A stretch of DNA of 64,000 nt from an uncultured Gammaproteobacteria bacterium (GCA_964599455.1 CAZREA010000001.1:135687-199686), one strand, 5' to 3'; positions 9,508-19,174 are shown, counted from the stretch's first letter. Notes: generated by a model not told the origin, from the letters alone. Program-made: numbers and translations.

Positions 9508-10038
9508 TTATACTGAGCATTTTCTCTCGATTCCGCATGCGCGGCAACCCTCCGCAATCCTTCGCGCGGCAAACCAGATAGCGAGCAGAACAATCGCCGT
9601 AGCGGCTGCCGTAATCTGCGCGCTGTACTTCAGGAAGAAGAACACGCTGCCCGTTCCAAGAAACCCGAGGATTCCGGCCACGCATGCGGAACAGGAGGCC
9701 GTCCCGAGCATGGAGGCGAAGACGGCGGACAATCCTCCTGCTCCACTTGCCGCCGCCGTGGCGAGGCTCGCGCTCTGTCGCGCTCGGTAGAGATGCCACT
9801 GCATGAGCATGAGAAGCGCGTTCAGCGTTGAGAGAAGGCCGAACAGGAGGAAATCCCTTCCGCGCATAATGGACAGCTGAAAGAGAAAATCGTTCCCCGG
9901 CGTCAGCTTCACAGGAATCCAGATGAAGAGAAGGAGCGTGAGCGCGGAAAGGAGCACGAAGGACGCCTTGCGCCAACGGGGGCGAAAAACGTCCTTCATT
10001 GCGGACTGGAACGCCGAAAGTTCTCCGCGAAGCCGCAT
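9508..10038 (-). CDS. Multi-TM membrane protein with CxxC motifs
   Basis: Four hydrophobic segments, SCSAC and a terminal CRAC; starts 2 nt after the dsbA stop. Confidence 0.7.
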   Translation of the reverse strand: MRLRGELSAFQSAMKDVFRPRWRKASFVLLSALTLLLFIWIPVKLTPGNDFLFQLSIMRGRDFLLFGLLSTLNALLMLMQWHLYRARQSASLATAAASGAGGLSAVFASMLGTASCSACVAGILGFLGTGSVFFFLKYSAQITAAATAIVLLAIWFAARRIAEGCRACGIERKCSV

Positions 10039-10039
10039 A

Positions 10040-10813
10040 CTATTTCGCGGCAAGGGCGGCATCAAGGGCGGACTTGATCGTCGCGTACGGAACCGCGCCG
10101 GAGAGAAGCTGTGAACTGCCGCTCGCGTCGATCAGGATTGAACCCGGCGTTCCGGTGATTCCGGCAGCCGCTCCGCCGCTCTCATCCTCCTGCACGTGCT
10201 TGGCGAACTTCCCGGTATCCAAGCAGTCCTTGAACTTTGTTTCGTCGAGCCCGAGTTCCTTGGCGAGCGGGACGAGGGCGTCGAGCGCGAATCCGGTACC
10301 GTTCGAGGTAGTACGCTCCAAGATCGCGTCGTGGTACTTCCAGAACGCGTCGTTGCCGCCGAGGTCGTTGGCACACTCGGTCGCTTCCGCTTCCTTCTGC
10401 GCGTTGGCGTGGAACGACAGCGGATAGTGGCGGTAGACGATTCTCACCTTGTCACCGTATTCCTTTTCCATCTGTTGCATGGTGGGCTCGAAACGCTTGC
10501 AGAATGGGCACTCGAAGTCCGAATACTCGATAAACGTCACCTTGGCGTCCTTGTTGCCGCGAATGTGGTCAGCATTCGTTACTTCCGGAACTTTGCCGGT
10601 TGGAGTTTTCGTCTTCGCCGCTGCGGCCGCCGTTGGCTGGGCGTCCGCCACCGCAACGGTTCCCGATGTCCCCGTGGACTTCGCAAATGCGCTACTGCCA
10701 AGAAGTCCGGCGCTCGTCATGAGCGAGATCAGCGCAACTCCAGATACTAGCCCGAAAACGAAGCTCGTCCTCGATTGGATTCCATCAAAGAATCCGGGTT
10801 TTTCATTTTCCAT
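10040..10813 (-). CDS. DsbA-family thioredoxin (BdbD/Com1-like)
   Basis: EYSDFECPFC, YRHYPL, GITGTP; N-terminal TM. Confidence 0.92.
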   Translation of the reverse strand: MENEKPGFFDGIQSRTSFVFGLVSGVALISLMTSAGLLGSSAFAKSTGTSGTVAVADAQPTAAAAAKTKTPTGKVPEVTNADHIRGNKDAKVTFIEYSDFECPFCKRFEPTMQQMEKEYGDKVRIVYRHYPLSFHANAQKEAEATECANDLGGNDAFWKYHDAILERTTSNGTGFALDALVPLAKELGLDETKFKDCLDTGKFAKHVQEDESGGAAAGITGTPGSILIDASGSSQLLSGAVPYATIKSALDAALAAK

Positions 10814-10863
10814 AACACAAAAACAAGAGTTAAAAGAATAAACATCTTTAACTCAAGGTGTTA
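10813..10863 (-). promoter_or_regulatory. Stem-loop from the upstream stop codon to the dsbA start codon
   Basis: Minus strand TAACAC...GTGTTA(TG) outer stem; GAGTTAAAGA/TCTTTTAACTC inner stem. Confidence 0.6.
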
Positions 10864-11277
10864 CTGGTCGCGCTGTGCGGCGAAGTATGGAAAAAAGGCG
10901 GAAGAAGAAAACGGCGTGTGTCGTGCCCAGACCCAGCGTTTGCGCTGGTGATAGTTGAGGGCAATCCGCGCCGGGCGGTTATACCGTTCGGGCAATTTCG
11001 GAAAAAGAGAAAAGACCGCGGCGACGAATAGTGCCGCAATGAGCACTTTCCCATCAGGAATACTTACGCCGTCGAAGATACTTTTATCCGTGTGTACATC
11101 TCCCGGTTGGCTGATGTGTTCTTCGCACGAGTCCGGGCTGGGATGGTACCCGAAGCCCTGGTTGAACTGGACGGATTCGCCGTGGCAGGAAAGAACCAAA
11201 AACATCGACGCAATCGTGACGAGGATGGCGAGGGATGCAAAGCGGCGGAAATATTCGAAAAACGACCGAATGACCAT
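10861..11277 (-). CDS. Small membrane protein, putative regulatory leader (CutF/CruR-like)
   Basis: TM, SCH...SCEEH, second TM, basic tail ending FFPYFAAQRDQ; first gene of the leftward operon. Confidence 0.6.
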   Translation of the reverse strand: MVIRSFFEYFRRFASLAILVTIASMFLVLSCHGESVQFNQGFGYHPSPDSCEEHISQPGDVHTDKSIFDGVSIPDGKVLIAALFVAAVFSLFPKLPERYNRPARIALNYHQRKRWVWARHTPFSSSAFFPYFAAQRDQ

Positions 11278-11329
11278 AACGGAAAGTATTATCTCAATTT
11301 AGCTGTAAATCATCAAGCGGCTTTTGCAC

Positions 11330-11358
11330 TTGCATGATACCCTAAGGGGGTATATGAT
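11330..11358 (+). promoter_or_regulatory. csoR promoter with overlapping CsoR operator
   Basis: TTGCAT-17 bp-TATGAT. The spacer holds ATACCC-TAAGG-GGGTAT (11337-11353), the G/C-tract palindrome typical of CsoR sites. Confidence 0.85.
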
Positions 11359-11369
11359 AAAGTCATCTT

Positions 11370-11636
11370 ATGGAAAGCAAGAATACGAAAAGTATCCTTC
11401 GCCGCCTGAGCATTGCCGAGGGACAAATCCGTGGCCTGCGCGAACTCATCGCGAGCGGCGCGTATTGCGTTGATGTCATCACGCAAACCTCCGCCGTGAA
11501 GCAAGCGCTTTCCGGCGTCGAAGACATGCTTCTTGAAAGCCACCTCAGCACCTGCGCCATTAACCAGATTAAAAAAGGAAACGAGAAGAAGGCAGTAGAG
11601 GAAATTATCAAGGTCTACAAGTTGAAACGACGCTAG
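11370..11636 (+). CDS. csoR: CsoR/RcnR family copper-sensing repressor
   Basis: RRL..AEGQIRG, YC.DVITQ.SAV..AL, HL.TC (C-H-C ligands). Confidence 0.93.
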   Translation: MESKNTKSILRRLSIAEGQIRGLRELIASGAYCVDVITQTSAVKQALSGVEDMLLESHLSTCAINQIKKGNEKKAVEEIIKVYKLKRR

Positions 11637-11637
11637 T

Positions 11638-12036
11638 ATGGTATTCGCATCGCTCATGGGACGTCTGCTCATCATTCCTGTCGCGCTCAGCGGGGTGTGT
11701 TTGAGCATGCTTTTTGGCGTTCCGATGGCGGGAGCGATGGAAATGGATCAGGTCGCGATCCGTGCCGACGTTTCCAGTCAGCATCAAATGGTCGTCGTTG
11801 GAAATGAAGACCACGGAACCCAGCCCGGTTGTTGCACGGCAACGCGAATGGAGCACGAAACGAAAGCCGCGACGGCTGACCAAGGAAAAGTGCGCCCGAC
11901 TTCCTGCGTCGCCGATGTGCCACGTGATCCGGTCGTTCAGCAGTTCGATAACGTGAAATCCGGGTGGGTACCGCCACGCCCCCTTTCCCTCCACCAACCA
12001 TTTTCCCTGACCGGGATCATTTTCAAGCGCGAATAG
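11638..12036 (+). CDS. Small exported Cys/His/Met protein, putative regulatory leader (CutF/CruR-like)
   Basis: Signal-like N-terminus, GCC...EH, Pro-rich VPPRP, C-terminus LTGIIFKRE. Confidence 0.6.
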   Translation: MVFASLMGRLLIIPVALSGVCLSMLFGVPMAGAMEMDQVAIRADVSSQHQMVVVGNEDHGTQPGCCTATRMEHETKAATADQGKVRPTSCVADVPRDPVVQQFDNVKSGWVPPRPLSLHQPFSLTGIIFKRE

Positions 12037-12083
12037 CAAACGACGGAGTTAGGATCGAATCTTAATTTTTGTCGTTTGCTTTT
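12035..12083 (+). promoter_or_regulatory. Long stem-loop from the stop codon to the next initiation region (attenuator or translation-sequestering hairpin)
   Basis: AGCAAACGAC/GTCGTTTGCT plus a G-U-rich upper stem, ending 3 nt before ATG 12084 and followed by T residues. Confidence 0.7.
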
Positions 12084-13418
12084 ATGCATCAAAAAATCGT
12101 TCCCATTCGCGGCATGCACTGCCGCTCTTGCGAGCTGCTCCTCGAGGACGCGATCGGCGGCATCCAAGGCGTGTCCAAGGTAAAAGTGGACTTCCGCAAA
12201 GGCCGCGCGACCATCGAGCACGGCGCGGACGTCCCGAGCCAGCACGAAATCGAAGGCGCCGTGAAGCAAGCCGGATATGTGGTCGGCGAGCCGGGCAAGC
12301 TCCCCTGGATCACGAAGGACCGCACGGATTGGCGGTACATGATCTTCGGCGCCGCCTTCCTCGCCGTTCTCTACTACGCCCTGCGCGGCACCGGCATCCT
12401 GGACTTCTCGCTGGATGAAAAGAACATCGACGTGGGGTTCGCAGTGCTTCTCGGCCTCGTCGCCGGAGTCTCCACCTGCATGGCGCTCGTCGGCGGGCTG
12501 ATCCTCGGCGTCGCCGCCCGGCATGCGGAACTGCACCCGGAGGCCACGACGTGGCAAAAATTTCGTCCGCACCTTTTCTTTAACGCGGGTCGCGTGCTCG
12601 GTTACGCGACGCTCGGCGGTTTGCTTGGGCTTCTTGGAAGCGTATTGCAAGTTTCTGGCGGAATCCTCACGTTCCTCACGCTCGCCGTCGGCGCGGTCAT
12701 GATCGTTCTTGGTCTCAAGCTCACGAATCTCTCTCCGCGCATTTCCGCAACCTCGTTCACCCTCCCGTCTTCTATCGCGCGATTTCTCGGGATCAAGGAA
12801 CACCAAAAGGAATACAGCCATAAGACCGCCATGCTCACTGGTGCTCTGACATTCTTCCTCCCATGCGGATTCACCCAGGCGATGCAGCTGTATGCGATCA
12901 GCACCGGCGACTTCAGAACCGGAGCGATCATCATGGGCGCGTTCGCACTTGGTACGGCTCCCGCGTTGCTCGGCATCGGTGGGCTTTCGTCGATCATGAA
13001 GGGAACGGCCGCACGCATCTTCTACGCGGTGGTCGGTATTCTGGTCATCGTTTTCGGCATCTACAACATTCAAAGCGGCTTGGCGGTTCTTCCGACTTCT
13101 TCCGCGAACGAAACGGTGAACTATTCCCCGGTCGACCAAGATACAAACCAACAAGATGTCCAGGTGATCAAAATGACACAGTCGGCATCCGGGTATTCGC
13201 CGAGCACCCTTCGGGCCAAGGCGGGCGTTCCCGTGCGATGGGTGATCACTTCCGAGTCGTCGTTCACCTGCGCATCGACGGTCGTTATTCCGTCGATGAA
13301 CATTCGGAAGGACTTGAAGAAGGGCGAAAACATCATCGAGTTTACCCCGACGCAGAAAGGCACGATTCCTTATTCCTGTTCCATGGGCATGTACCGCGGA
13401 ACGATTGTTGTCGAATAA
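12084..13418 (+). CDS. HMA + DsbD_2/TauE-like membrane domain + cupredoxin-like fusion
   Basis: GMHCRSC; TCMALVGG, FNAGR, FLPCG, F.LGT; C-terminal YSCSMGMYRG. Confidence 0.9.
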   Translation: MHQKIVPIRGMHCRSCELLLEDAIGGIQGVSKVKVDFRKGRATIEHGADVPSQHEIEGAVKQAGYVVGEPGKLPWITKDRTDWRYMIFGAAFLAVLYYALRGTGILDFSLDEKNIDVGFAVLLGLVAGVSTCMALVGGLILGVAARHAELHPEATTWQKFRPHLFFNAGRVLGYATLGGLLGLLGSVLQVSGGILTFLTLAVGAVMIVLGLKLTNLSPRISATSFTLPSSIARFLGIKEHQKEYSHKTAMLTGALTFFLPCGFTQAMQLYAISTGDFRTGAIIMGAFALGTAPALLGIGGLSSIMKGTAARIFYAVVGILVIVFGIYNIQSGLAVLPTSSANETVNYSPVDQDTNQQDVQVIKMTQSASGYSPSTLRAKAGVPVRWVITSESSFTCASTVVIPSMNIRKDLKKGENIIEFTPTQKGTIPYSCSMGMYRGTIVVE

Positions 13419-13422
13419 CCAT

Positions 13423-13629
13423 ATGTCTGAACTTACCTTCAAGATCACGAATCTGACCTGCGACGCCTGCATCAAGGTATCGACCATGACGCTTCGCAAG
13501 CTGCCCGGAGTCACGGAGGCGACCGTCGATCTCTCGACCGGAGCCGGACGCGTCGTCTCGAGCGAACCATTAACTCAAAATGACGTGGCGGCCGCGTTGA
13601 AAGCCAAGGGCTACGACGCCACGCTCTAA
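13423..13629 (+). CDS. copZ: CopZ-like HMA copper chaperone
   Basis: LTCDAC motif, 68-aa HMA fold ending KGY. Confidence 0.8.
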   Translation: MSELTFKITNLTCDACIKVSTMTLRKLPGVTEATVDLSTGAGRVVSSEPLTQNDVAAALKAKGYDATL

Positions 13630-13639
13630 TCCTCCGAAT

Positions 13640-16519
13640 ATGGATAAAACATTCCGCGTTTCCGGGATGCACTGCGCCTCCTGCGAAACGCTCATCAACG
13701 AGGAAGTTGGAGGGCTTCCTGGTGTGCTCAGCGTGAAGACAGATGCGAAAGAAGGAATCTGCCGCGTCACGGGCGAGGTCGCCGACGACGCGGTTGTCGC
13801 CGCGATCAAGACTGCGGGATATGAGGCTGTGCCAGACGTTCCAGCGGTCGAAACTCCCCCTGCCGCACCAACGGAAAGCCCCATCGAACTTGTCGAGCAT
13901 GACGGGAACCGCGTCAGTTTCCGCTACCTCACCGAAACGCGTGGCGAGGGCACGGTCGACATTCAAAGCGACGGACGCCCGAAGTTCCACGGCGCGATCG
14001 TTAGGCAGAAAAGCGGAACATTGGAATTTCCCGCGGGGATCAAACAGGACGCCCCTAAGATCGCCGGGTTCTTCGAGTCGCTGATTCACGAGCGGTCAGC
14101 TGTGCAAAGCAATCTCCCTGCTGAGGCGGCTCACACCCCGGTAAAACGCTCGAGCGAATCGGATAACGAAAAGAATACGACGCTGCGGCTTTCGGGGATG
14201 CACTGCACGTCGTGCGCTGGCGTTATCACGAAGAGCATCAAAAAATTGCCGGGAATTACGGACGCACAAGTGAGCTTTGCCGCGGAAAAAGCTCGCGTAA
14301 GCTTTGACCCGCGCCAGACGAGCGAGGTGGCGATCATCGCGCAGATCAAGAAGGCCGGATACCGGGCGGAAATCGCCGGAACCGCAAATCCAGACGAGGA
14401 TCGTGCGCGTCGCCATGAGGAGATCAAATCGTACTGGTGGAAATTCATCATCGGCGCCGTCCTGTCGCTCCCGATGCTCTACTTCATGTTCCTCGACTTC
14501 TTCTCGTTCCTTCCGGGTCGCGCGTTCCTGTTGCCGCTCGTCGGTATTGTTTCGTTCGCGCTCGCGACGCCGGTGCAGATTTTCCTCGGCGCGGGGTTCT
14601 ACAAGGGCATGTGGTCGAGCCTGCGCATGAGGACGTTTAACATGGACAGTCTCATCGCCATCGGCACGAGCGCGGCATTCATTTACAGCGTCGTAAACTT
14701 CGTCGTCTACGCTGTCACGAATAACTCTCTGCTTGGCGTCGGCGGCGAAAAGATTCCGGAACTATACTTCGAAACGGCGGCGTTCCTCATTACTTTCGTG
14801 CTCATGGGCAAGTGGCTTGAGAGCAAGGCGAAGGGACAGACATCGGACGCGGTACGCAAGCTCATGGACTTACAGGCGAAGACTGCCCGTGTCCTGCGCG
14901 ACGGCAAGCCGTTCGACGTTCCAATCGGTGACGTCGTCGAAGGAGACATCGTGCTCGTTCGTCCGGGAGAAAAAGTTCCTGTTGATGGGGTGATCACGGA
15001 TGGAGGATCGGCCGTCGACGAGTCCATGCTGACCGGCGAGAGCATTCCCGTCGAGAAGCATCCGGGCGACAAGGTCATCGGCGCAACCGTAAACAAGAAC
15101 GGAAGCTTCGAGTTCCGCGCGACGAACGTCGGGTCGGAAACAGTGCTCGCACAGATCATCCGGCTCGTTGAGGAGGCGCAAGGATCCCGCGCACCAATCC
15201 AGGCCTTCGCCGACCGCATCTCTGCAAAATTCGTTCCGGCAGTGATCCTGATCGCAATCGCCACGTTCCTGGTTTGGTTCTTCTTACTCGGTTCAACACT
15301 TAGCTTCGCGCTCATGGCCTTCACGGCCGTGATCGTCATCGCCTGTCCCTGTGCACTCGGACTCGCAACGCCGACCGCCATCATGGTCGCGACGGGCAAA
15401 GGGGCGCAAAACGGCATCCTCATCAAGGGCGGCGAACCGCTTGAGGCGGCCAGCAAGATCCGCGCGATCGTCTTTGATAAGACCGGAACGCTGACCAAAG
15501 GAAAACCAGAGGTGACGGACGTGCTCCCGATCGGCTCCCACGACGAGGATGAGGTGATGGAAATCGCCGCCGGACTGGAGGCAAAATCCGAACATCCCCT
15601 CGCCGAGGCGATCTGCCGCTACGTAGAGGAGGAGTCGCTTTCCTCGGCACAAGTGACGAACTTCCAAGCGGTTCCCGGCCACGGCGTGCGCGGGGACGTG
15701 GACGGCACGACGTACTACTTCGGTAACCGCAAGCTGATCGGAACGCTCGGAATCGACATGGGTCGGCTGGAGCGCAAGATGCGTCGTCTTGAGGAGGAAG
15801 GTAAGACGGCCATGCTACTTGCTGACACGAAGGAAGTGCTCGGTATCATCGCTGTTGCCGACGCCATCAAAGCGACAACTCCTGCGGCAGTGACAGCACT
15901 CAAGCACATGGGGCTCGCCGTCTACATGATTACCGGCGACAATATGCGTACCGCCGTGGCCATCGCTAGACAGGCGGGCATCGAGGAGCAGAACATCCGT
16001 GCTGAAGTTCTGCCGGAAGACAAGGCGAACGAGGTCAAAAAAATCCAGGCAACCGGAGTCAGGGTCGCCATGGTCGGCGACGGACTCAACGATGCCCCTG
16101 CGCTCGCCCAGGCCGACGTCGGTATCGCTATGGGCAGTGGGACGGACGTGGCCATGGAAGCTGGAGGCATCGTGCTCATGAAGAGCGACCTGCAGGACGT
16201 GGTATCCGCAATCCAGCTCAGTCGCGAAACACTCGGGAAGATCAAACAGAACCTATTCTTCTCGCTGTTCTACAACGTCATCGGCATTCCGATTGCTGCG
16301 CGTGTATTCATTGGACTTGGTATCGTGCTTCGGCCAGAACTTGCCGGACTCGCCATGGCACTCAGCTCCGTCTCAGTCGTGTCGAACTCGCTCCTTCTGC
16401 GCCGGTTCCGCCCAGGTCGCCGCAATTGGATCTCGGCCTTCGCTCCGGTTGTAATGACGGGCGCATTCACCGTGGCCTTCATCCTTCTCGCTCGCGTGAG
16501 CGTGATGGCGACGGGTTAA
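13640..16519 (+). CDS. copA: Cu(I)-exporting P1B-1 ATPase with two HMA domains
   Basis: Two GMHCx[33 protein letters not shown]. Confidence 0.96.
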   Translation: MDKTFRVSGMHCASCETLINEEVGGLPGVLSVKTDAKEGICRVTGEVADDAVVAAIKTAGYEAVPDVPAVETPPAAPTESPIELVEHDGNRVSFRYLTETRGEGTVDIQSDGRPKFHGAIVRQKSGTLEFPAGIKQDAPKIAGFFESLIHERSAVQSNLPAEAAHTPVKRSSESDNEKNTTLRLSGMHCTSCAGVITKSIKKLPGITDAQVSFAAEKARVSFDPRQTSEVAIIAQIKKAGYRAEIAGTANPDEDRARRHEEIKSYWWKFIIGAVLSLPMLYFMFLDFFSFLPGRAFLLPLVGIVSFALATPVQIFLGAGFYKGMWSSLRMRTFNMDSLIAIGTSAAFIYSVVNFVVYAVTNNSLLGVGGEKIPELYFETAAFLITFVLMGKWLESKAKGQTSDAVRKLMDLQAKTARVLRDGKPFDVPIGDVVEGDIVLVRPGEKVPVDGVITDGGSAVDESMLTGESIPVEKHPGDKVIGATVNKNGSFEFRATNVGSETVLAQIIRLVEEAQGSRAPIQAFADRISAKFVPAVILIAIATFLVWFFLLGSTLSFALMAFTAVIVIACPCALGLATPTAIMVATGKGAQNGILIKGGEPLEAASKIRAIVFDKTGTLTKGKPEVTDVLPIGSHDEDEVMEIAAGLEAKSEHPLAEAICRYVEEESLSSAQVTNFQAVPGHGVRGDVDGTTYYFGNRKLIGTLGIDMGRLERKMRRLEEEGKTAMLLADTKEVLGIIAVADAIKATTPAAVTALKHMGLAVYMITGDNMRTAVAIARQAGIEEQNIRAEVLPEDKANEVKKIQATGVRVAMVGDGLNDAPALAQADVGIAMGSGTDVAMEAGGIVLMKSDLQDVVSAIQLSRETLGKIKQNLFFSLFYNVIGIPIAARVFIGLGIVLRPELAGLAMALSSVSVVSNSLLLRRFRPGRRNWISAFAPVVMTGAFTVAFILLARVSVMATG

Positions 16520-16530
16520 AATCGATGAGA

Positions 16531-16564
16531 TCAAAAAACCACCACAAAAGTGGTGGTTTTTTGA
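16531..16564 (+). terminator. Intrinsic terminator of the cop operon
   Basis: Perfect 15-bp inverted repeat TCAAAAAACCACCAC/GTGGTGGTTTTTTGA. Confidence 0.9.
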
Positions 16565-16628
16565 CTGACAGCATCTGGGACACCAGACACTGCCACTCAT
16601 GGCTCCCAGATTGCGTACCGAACTTTTT

Positions 16629-16703
16629 AAAAAACAAAAAGCCGCCCACCGAGATGAGCTGTCGTCGAGGTATCTCCTCTATGGACGGCTCTTTGGTGGG
16701 CGG
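16629..16703 (-). terminator. Long terminator hairpin of the orphan gene 16711-17484
   Basis: CCGCCCACC...GGTGGGCGG stem, then a T-tract on the minus strand. Confidence 0.7.
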
Positions 16704-16710
16704 ATGTAGA

Positions 16711-17484
16711 TCAGGCGACCATGCGCTGGAAACGCTTCGGGTACCCGACGTGGTGGAAGTAGAGGACGACGAGGGCGAAGTGCTTGCGCACCCACACTCG
16801 ATCAACATCCACCTTTTCCAACCACTTGATGCCGTACGCGGTCTGCACCTGCGTCAACGTCGCCAGCTCCTCGGGCGAATCCGCCAGCAGGTAGTGCATG
16901 TTGCTTGCGAAGTCTCGCACGCTGTCCCAGTACTCCTGTAGGATCTGGTTGGCGTTGAGGTCAGTAAGCCTCGCGAGGTCGGTCAGTCGACACCACTTGC
17001 CCGGCCTCCCCACCATGCCGGCAATGGCTTTGCTCGATGCGAAATGCGGCTGATGGAAATCCGGAAGCTGGCGTGTGAGACCGTGCTCATTCACTCGCGT
17101 TGCCATGTGCGCCCAGCTGACCATTCTGGCGTCGTCATGTCTGACGATCACCACGAACGGCCTCTCGGACCACAGCATGATGTGCCGCTGCTCGTACCCG
17201 ATCTCGCCGTCGTACTTGCGGGAACGGAACTCCTGTCGACGCAGCAGGAGTTGGTGAACCGACGTCTGCACCAAGCAGCGATCGTCATCGAAGGCGTAGA
17301 TCGTCCAGTCCGTGGAGTCGCTGTACAGGAAGGCTCCCTGGTCGTCACCGATGGAGCGATCGGTCTTGTTGTCGAGGTCGATACCCGCATCGAAGATAAC
17401 CGCATACGACCCCGGAGGAATCTCCGCCGTCTCTCGCACCCACCTTCTACTCTCCTGACCCTCGACGAGATGCGTGACTCGCAT
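16711..17484 (-). CDS. Hypothetical protein (GC-rich orphan)
   Basis: 257 aa from an ATG preceded by GGAGG; own promoter (TTGACG at 17638-17643) and terminator. Confidence 0.75.
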   Translation of the reverse strand: MRVTHLVEGQESRRWVRETAEIPPGSYAVIFDAGIDLDNKTDRSIGDDQGAFLYSDSTDWTIYAFDDDRCLVQTSVHQLLLRRQEFRSRKYDGEIGYEQRHIMLWSERPFVVIVRHDDARMVSWAHMATRVNEHGLTRQLPDFHQPHFASSKAIAGMVGRPGKWCRLTDLARLTDLNANQILQEYWDSVRDFASNMHYLLADSPEELATLTQVQTAYGIKWLEKVDVDRVWVRKHFALVVLYFHHVGYPKRFQRMVA

Positions 17485-17813
17485 ATCGTCCTCCGTATGC
17501 GACTGTGGTTTTGTCGTTCGGGATGTCGCCCCCCGATTCGACACTGCTTGGTGTTTGCCTTGCAGCAAAAATACACTAGTAATTAATGTCTTTTTGTTGG
17601 AAAACAACTGCAAACAAATACCATAAAATCACGATTTCGTCAAGTATATCTACGTAATAAAGCATTTTTCAGCTAGAGTTATACTTCGCCTTGCCGCAGC
17701 ATAAATCGCTCTAAGTTCAGTAAACAAATAATCTGTGAGGCGCCGCCGTTTTTCACCGATTTTGATATCATCAAGTGAGACTTCAGAACGAAGTCTGATA
17801 GACTGACACTTGT

Positions 17814-18353
17814 ATGAGCGATGTTTACGAAGGTTTATCTCCCTACAACTCTGACTGGAAAGTGAAGTTCGAGGAAGAAAAAGAGCAGCTCAAGCAAGTT
17901 TTTAGAGATTCCGCCATTGAAATCGAGCACATTGGAAGTACAGCGGTCGAAGGATTGTCATCAAAGCCAATCATCGATATTGCCGTGATGATCAAGAACG
18001 CCGATGATGCTGATAGCTTTACGCAAACCCTTTCAAAAATCGACTACATTTTTCATTCAAAAAGCACTGAACGTCATTTTTATCAAAAGCGTGAATCAGT
18101 AAACTACAACTTGTCGATAGTATATGCTAATAGAGGCGGATTCTGGCCGCGTCAGATACTGTTTCGAGAGTACCTACGATCTCACATTGCGGTACGGGAC
18201 GAGTATGCAGTTATAAAAAGCAAACTCATCGCAGAATATCCAAAGGACATGGTCAAGTATTCCGAAGGAAAGACAGCGTTTGTTCAAAAAGTTCTCCATC
18301 TTGCTGGCTGGAAAGACGGGCTAACTTACAATGACTGGAAGGCTACGACGTAA
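17814..18353 (+). CDS. GrpB/UPF0157 nucleotidyltransferase-like protein
   Basis: IEHIGSTAV.GL.SKPIIDI, FREYLR, Y..GK..F. Confidence 0.92.
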   Translation: MSDVYEGLSPYNSDWKVKFEEEKEQLKQVFRDSAIEIEHIGSTAVEGLSSKPIIDIAVMIKNADDADSFTQTLSKIDYIFHSKSTERHFYQKRESVNYNLSIVYANRGGFWPRQILFREYLRSHIAVRDEYAVIKSKLIAEYPKDMVKYSEGKTAFVQKVLHLAGWKDGLTYNDWKATT

Positions 18354-18422
18354 ACTGAACGATCATCGGATTCAACTCAGACCAGTTGACGATTCTAAAC
18401 CCGTCCACTATTCGGAACTAGC

Positions 18423-18451
18423 AAAAAACATCTATTTTAGAGGTGTTTTTT
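18423..18451 (+). terminator. Intrinsic terminator
   Basis: AAAAAACATCT/AGGTGTTTTTT. Confidence 0.6.
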
Positions 18452-18523
18452 TGTTTCTAAGCTATCAAAAATGAAAATTGCACTGATATAATGATTTCAT
18501 ATGTATAAAGATCGAATAATACT

Positions 18524-18991
18524 ATGAAAAGAGGTGAAAAAAGAGAAGTACACCCCCTTGCTATTGAGCGTGGGTTTGATCTGGTTGAGAAATATCGCGA
18601 TCCTACTCCACCAGATGAACTGAGTGATGCAGACAAAACCTTGTATCGCGAAGCAAGCAGAGCAATGAATCGCGCATGGGAGCTCAAGGAAATACTTGGG
18701 GATGACCTCTCTGCATCGGCTGCTGCAGAAAAGTATATTCAGCTCGCTGAAAGATTAGCTGCATGCAATGATGGATCGTGGGGTGAAGAAAGCGGAAGAC
18801 TCTCAGAGATGATTAAAAATCTTGTTAGTCCTTTTCTTGATGAGTCCGTAGGTAAAGGAGATGTTCTACAAGCCGCACGGGATACAAAACATAAACCAGA
18901 AATTTTTAGTGCATACGTGCAAATAATTAGAACAGGAACACTTCATCCAAATATCGAGGCTGCGCTTCGACGTTTTTCACATAAGAAATAA
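18524..18991 (+). CDS. Hypothetical helical protein
   Basis: 155-aa ORF with host-like composition. Confidence 0.65.
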   Translation: MKRGEKREVHPLAIERGFDLVEKYRDPTPPDELSDADKTLYREASRAMNRAWELKEILGDDLSASAAAEKYIQLAERLAACNDGSWGEESGRLSEMIKNLVSPFLDESVGKGDVLQAARDTKHKPEIFSAYVQIIRTGTLHPNIEAALRRFSHKK

Positions 18992-19174
18992 CCTTGTCGA
19001 TATATTCGTCGAGGCGGCAATACATTCATGACACGAGCTCTCACACCACCACAACGCCGAACCAACAAATCCTCAGCAGAAATGCTGGGATGTTGTTATA
19101 TCCAAAATAAATAAAAATGAGTACCATCTATTTGAAGGGTTGGATTCTTAATAACCATTAAAATATATCGGTAT

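Larger units (their letters stand above)
301..16611. mobile_element. Putative serine-recombinase-associated copper/heavy-metal resistance island
   Basis: Large serine recombinase at the left end, clustered metal genes, cargo GC-richer than the backbone, near-identical 13-mer at 301 and 16570. The true left end may lie outside the window. Confidence 0.5.

Noticed and set aside
11937-13514. 525-aa antisense ORF (also 27678-29162, 48062-49066, 3156-3881, 14707-15498 and similar)
   Set aside because: Shadow ORFs opposite well-supported GC-rich genes, with no recognisable motifs.
16598-16626. TGGCTCCC...CGAAC resembling the reverse complement of a tRNA 3' end
   Set aside because: No cloverleaf or proper T-arm can be built; kept only as part of a possible att site.
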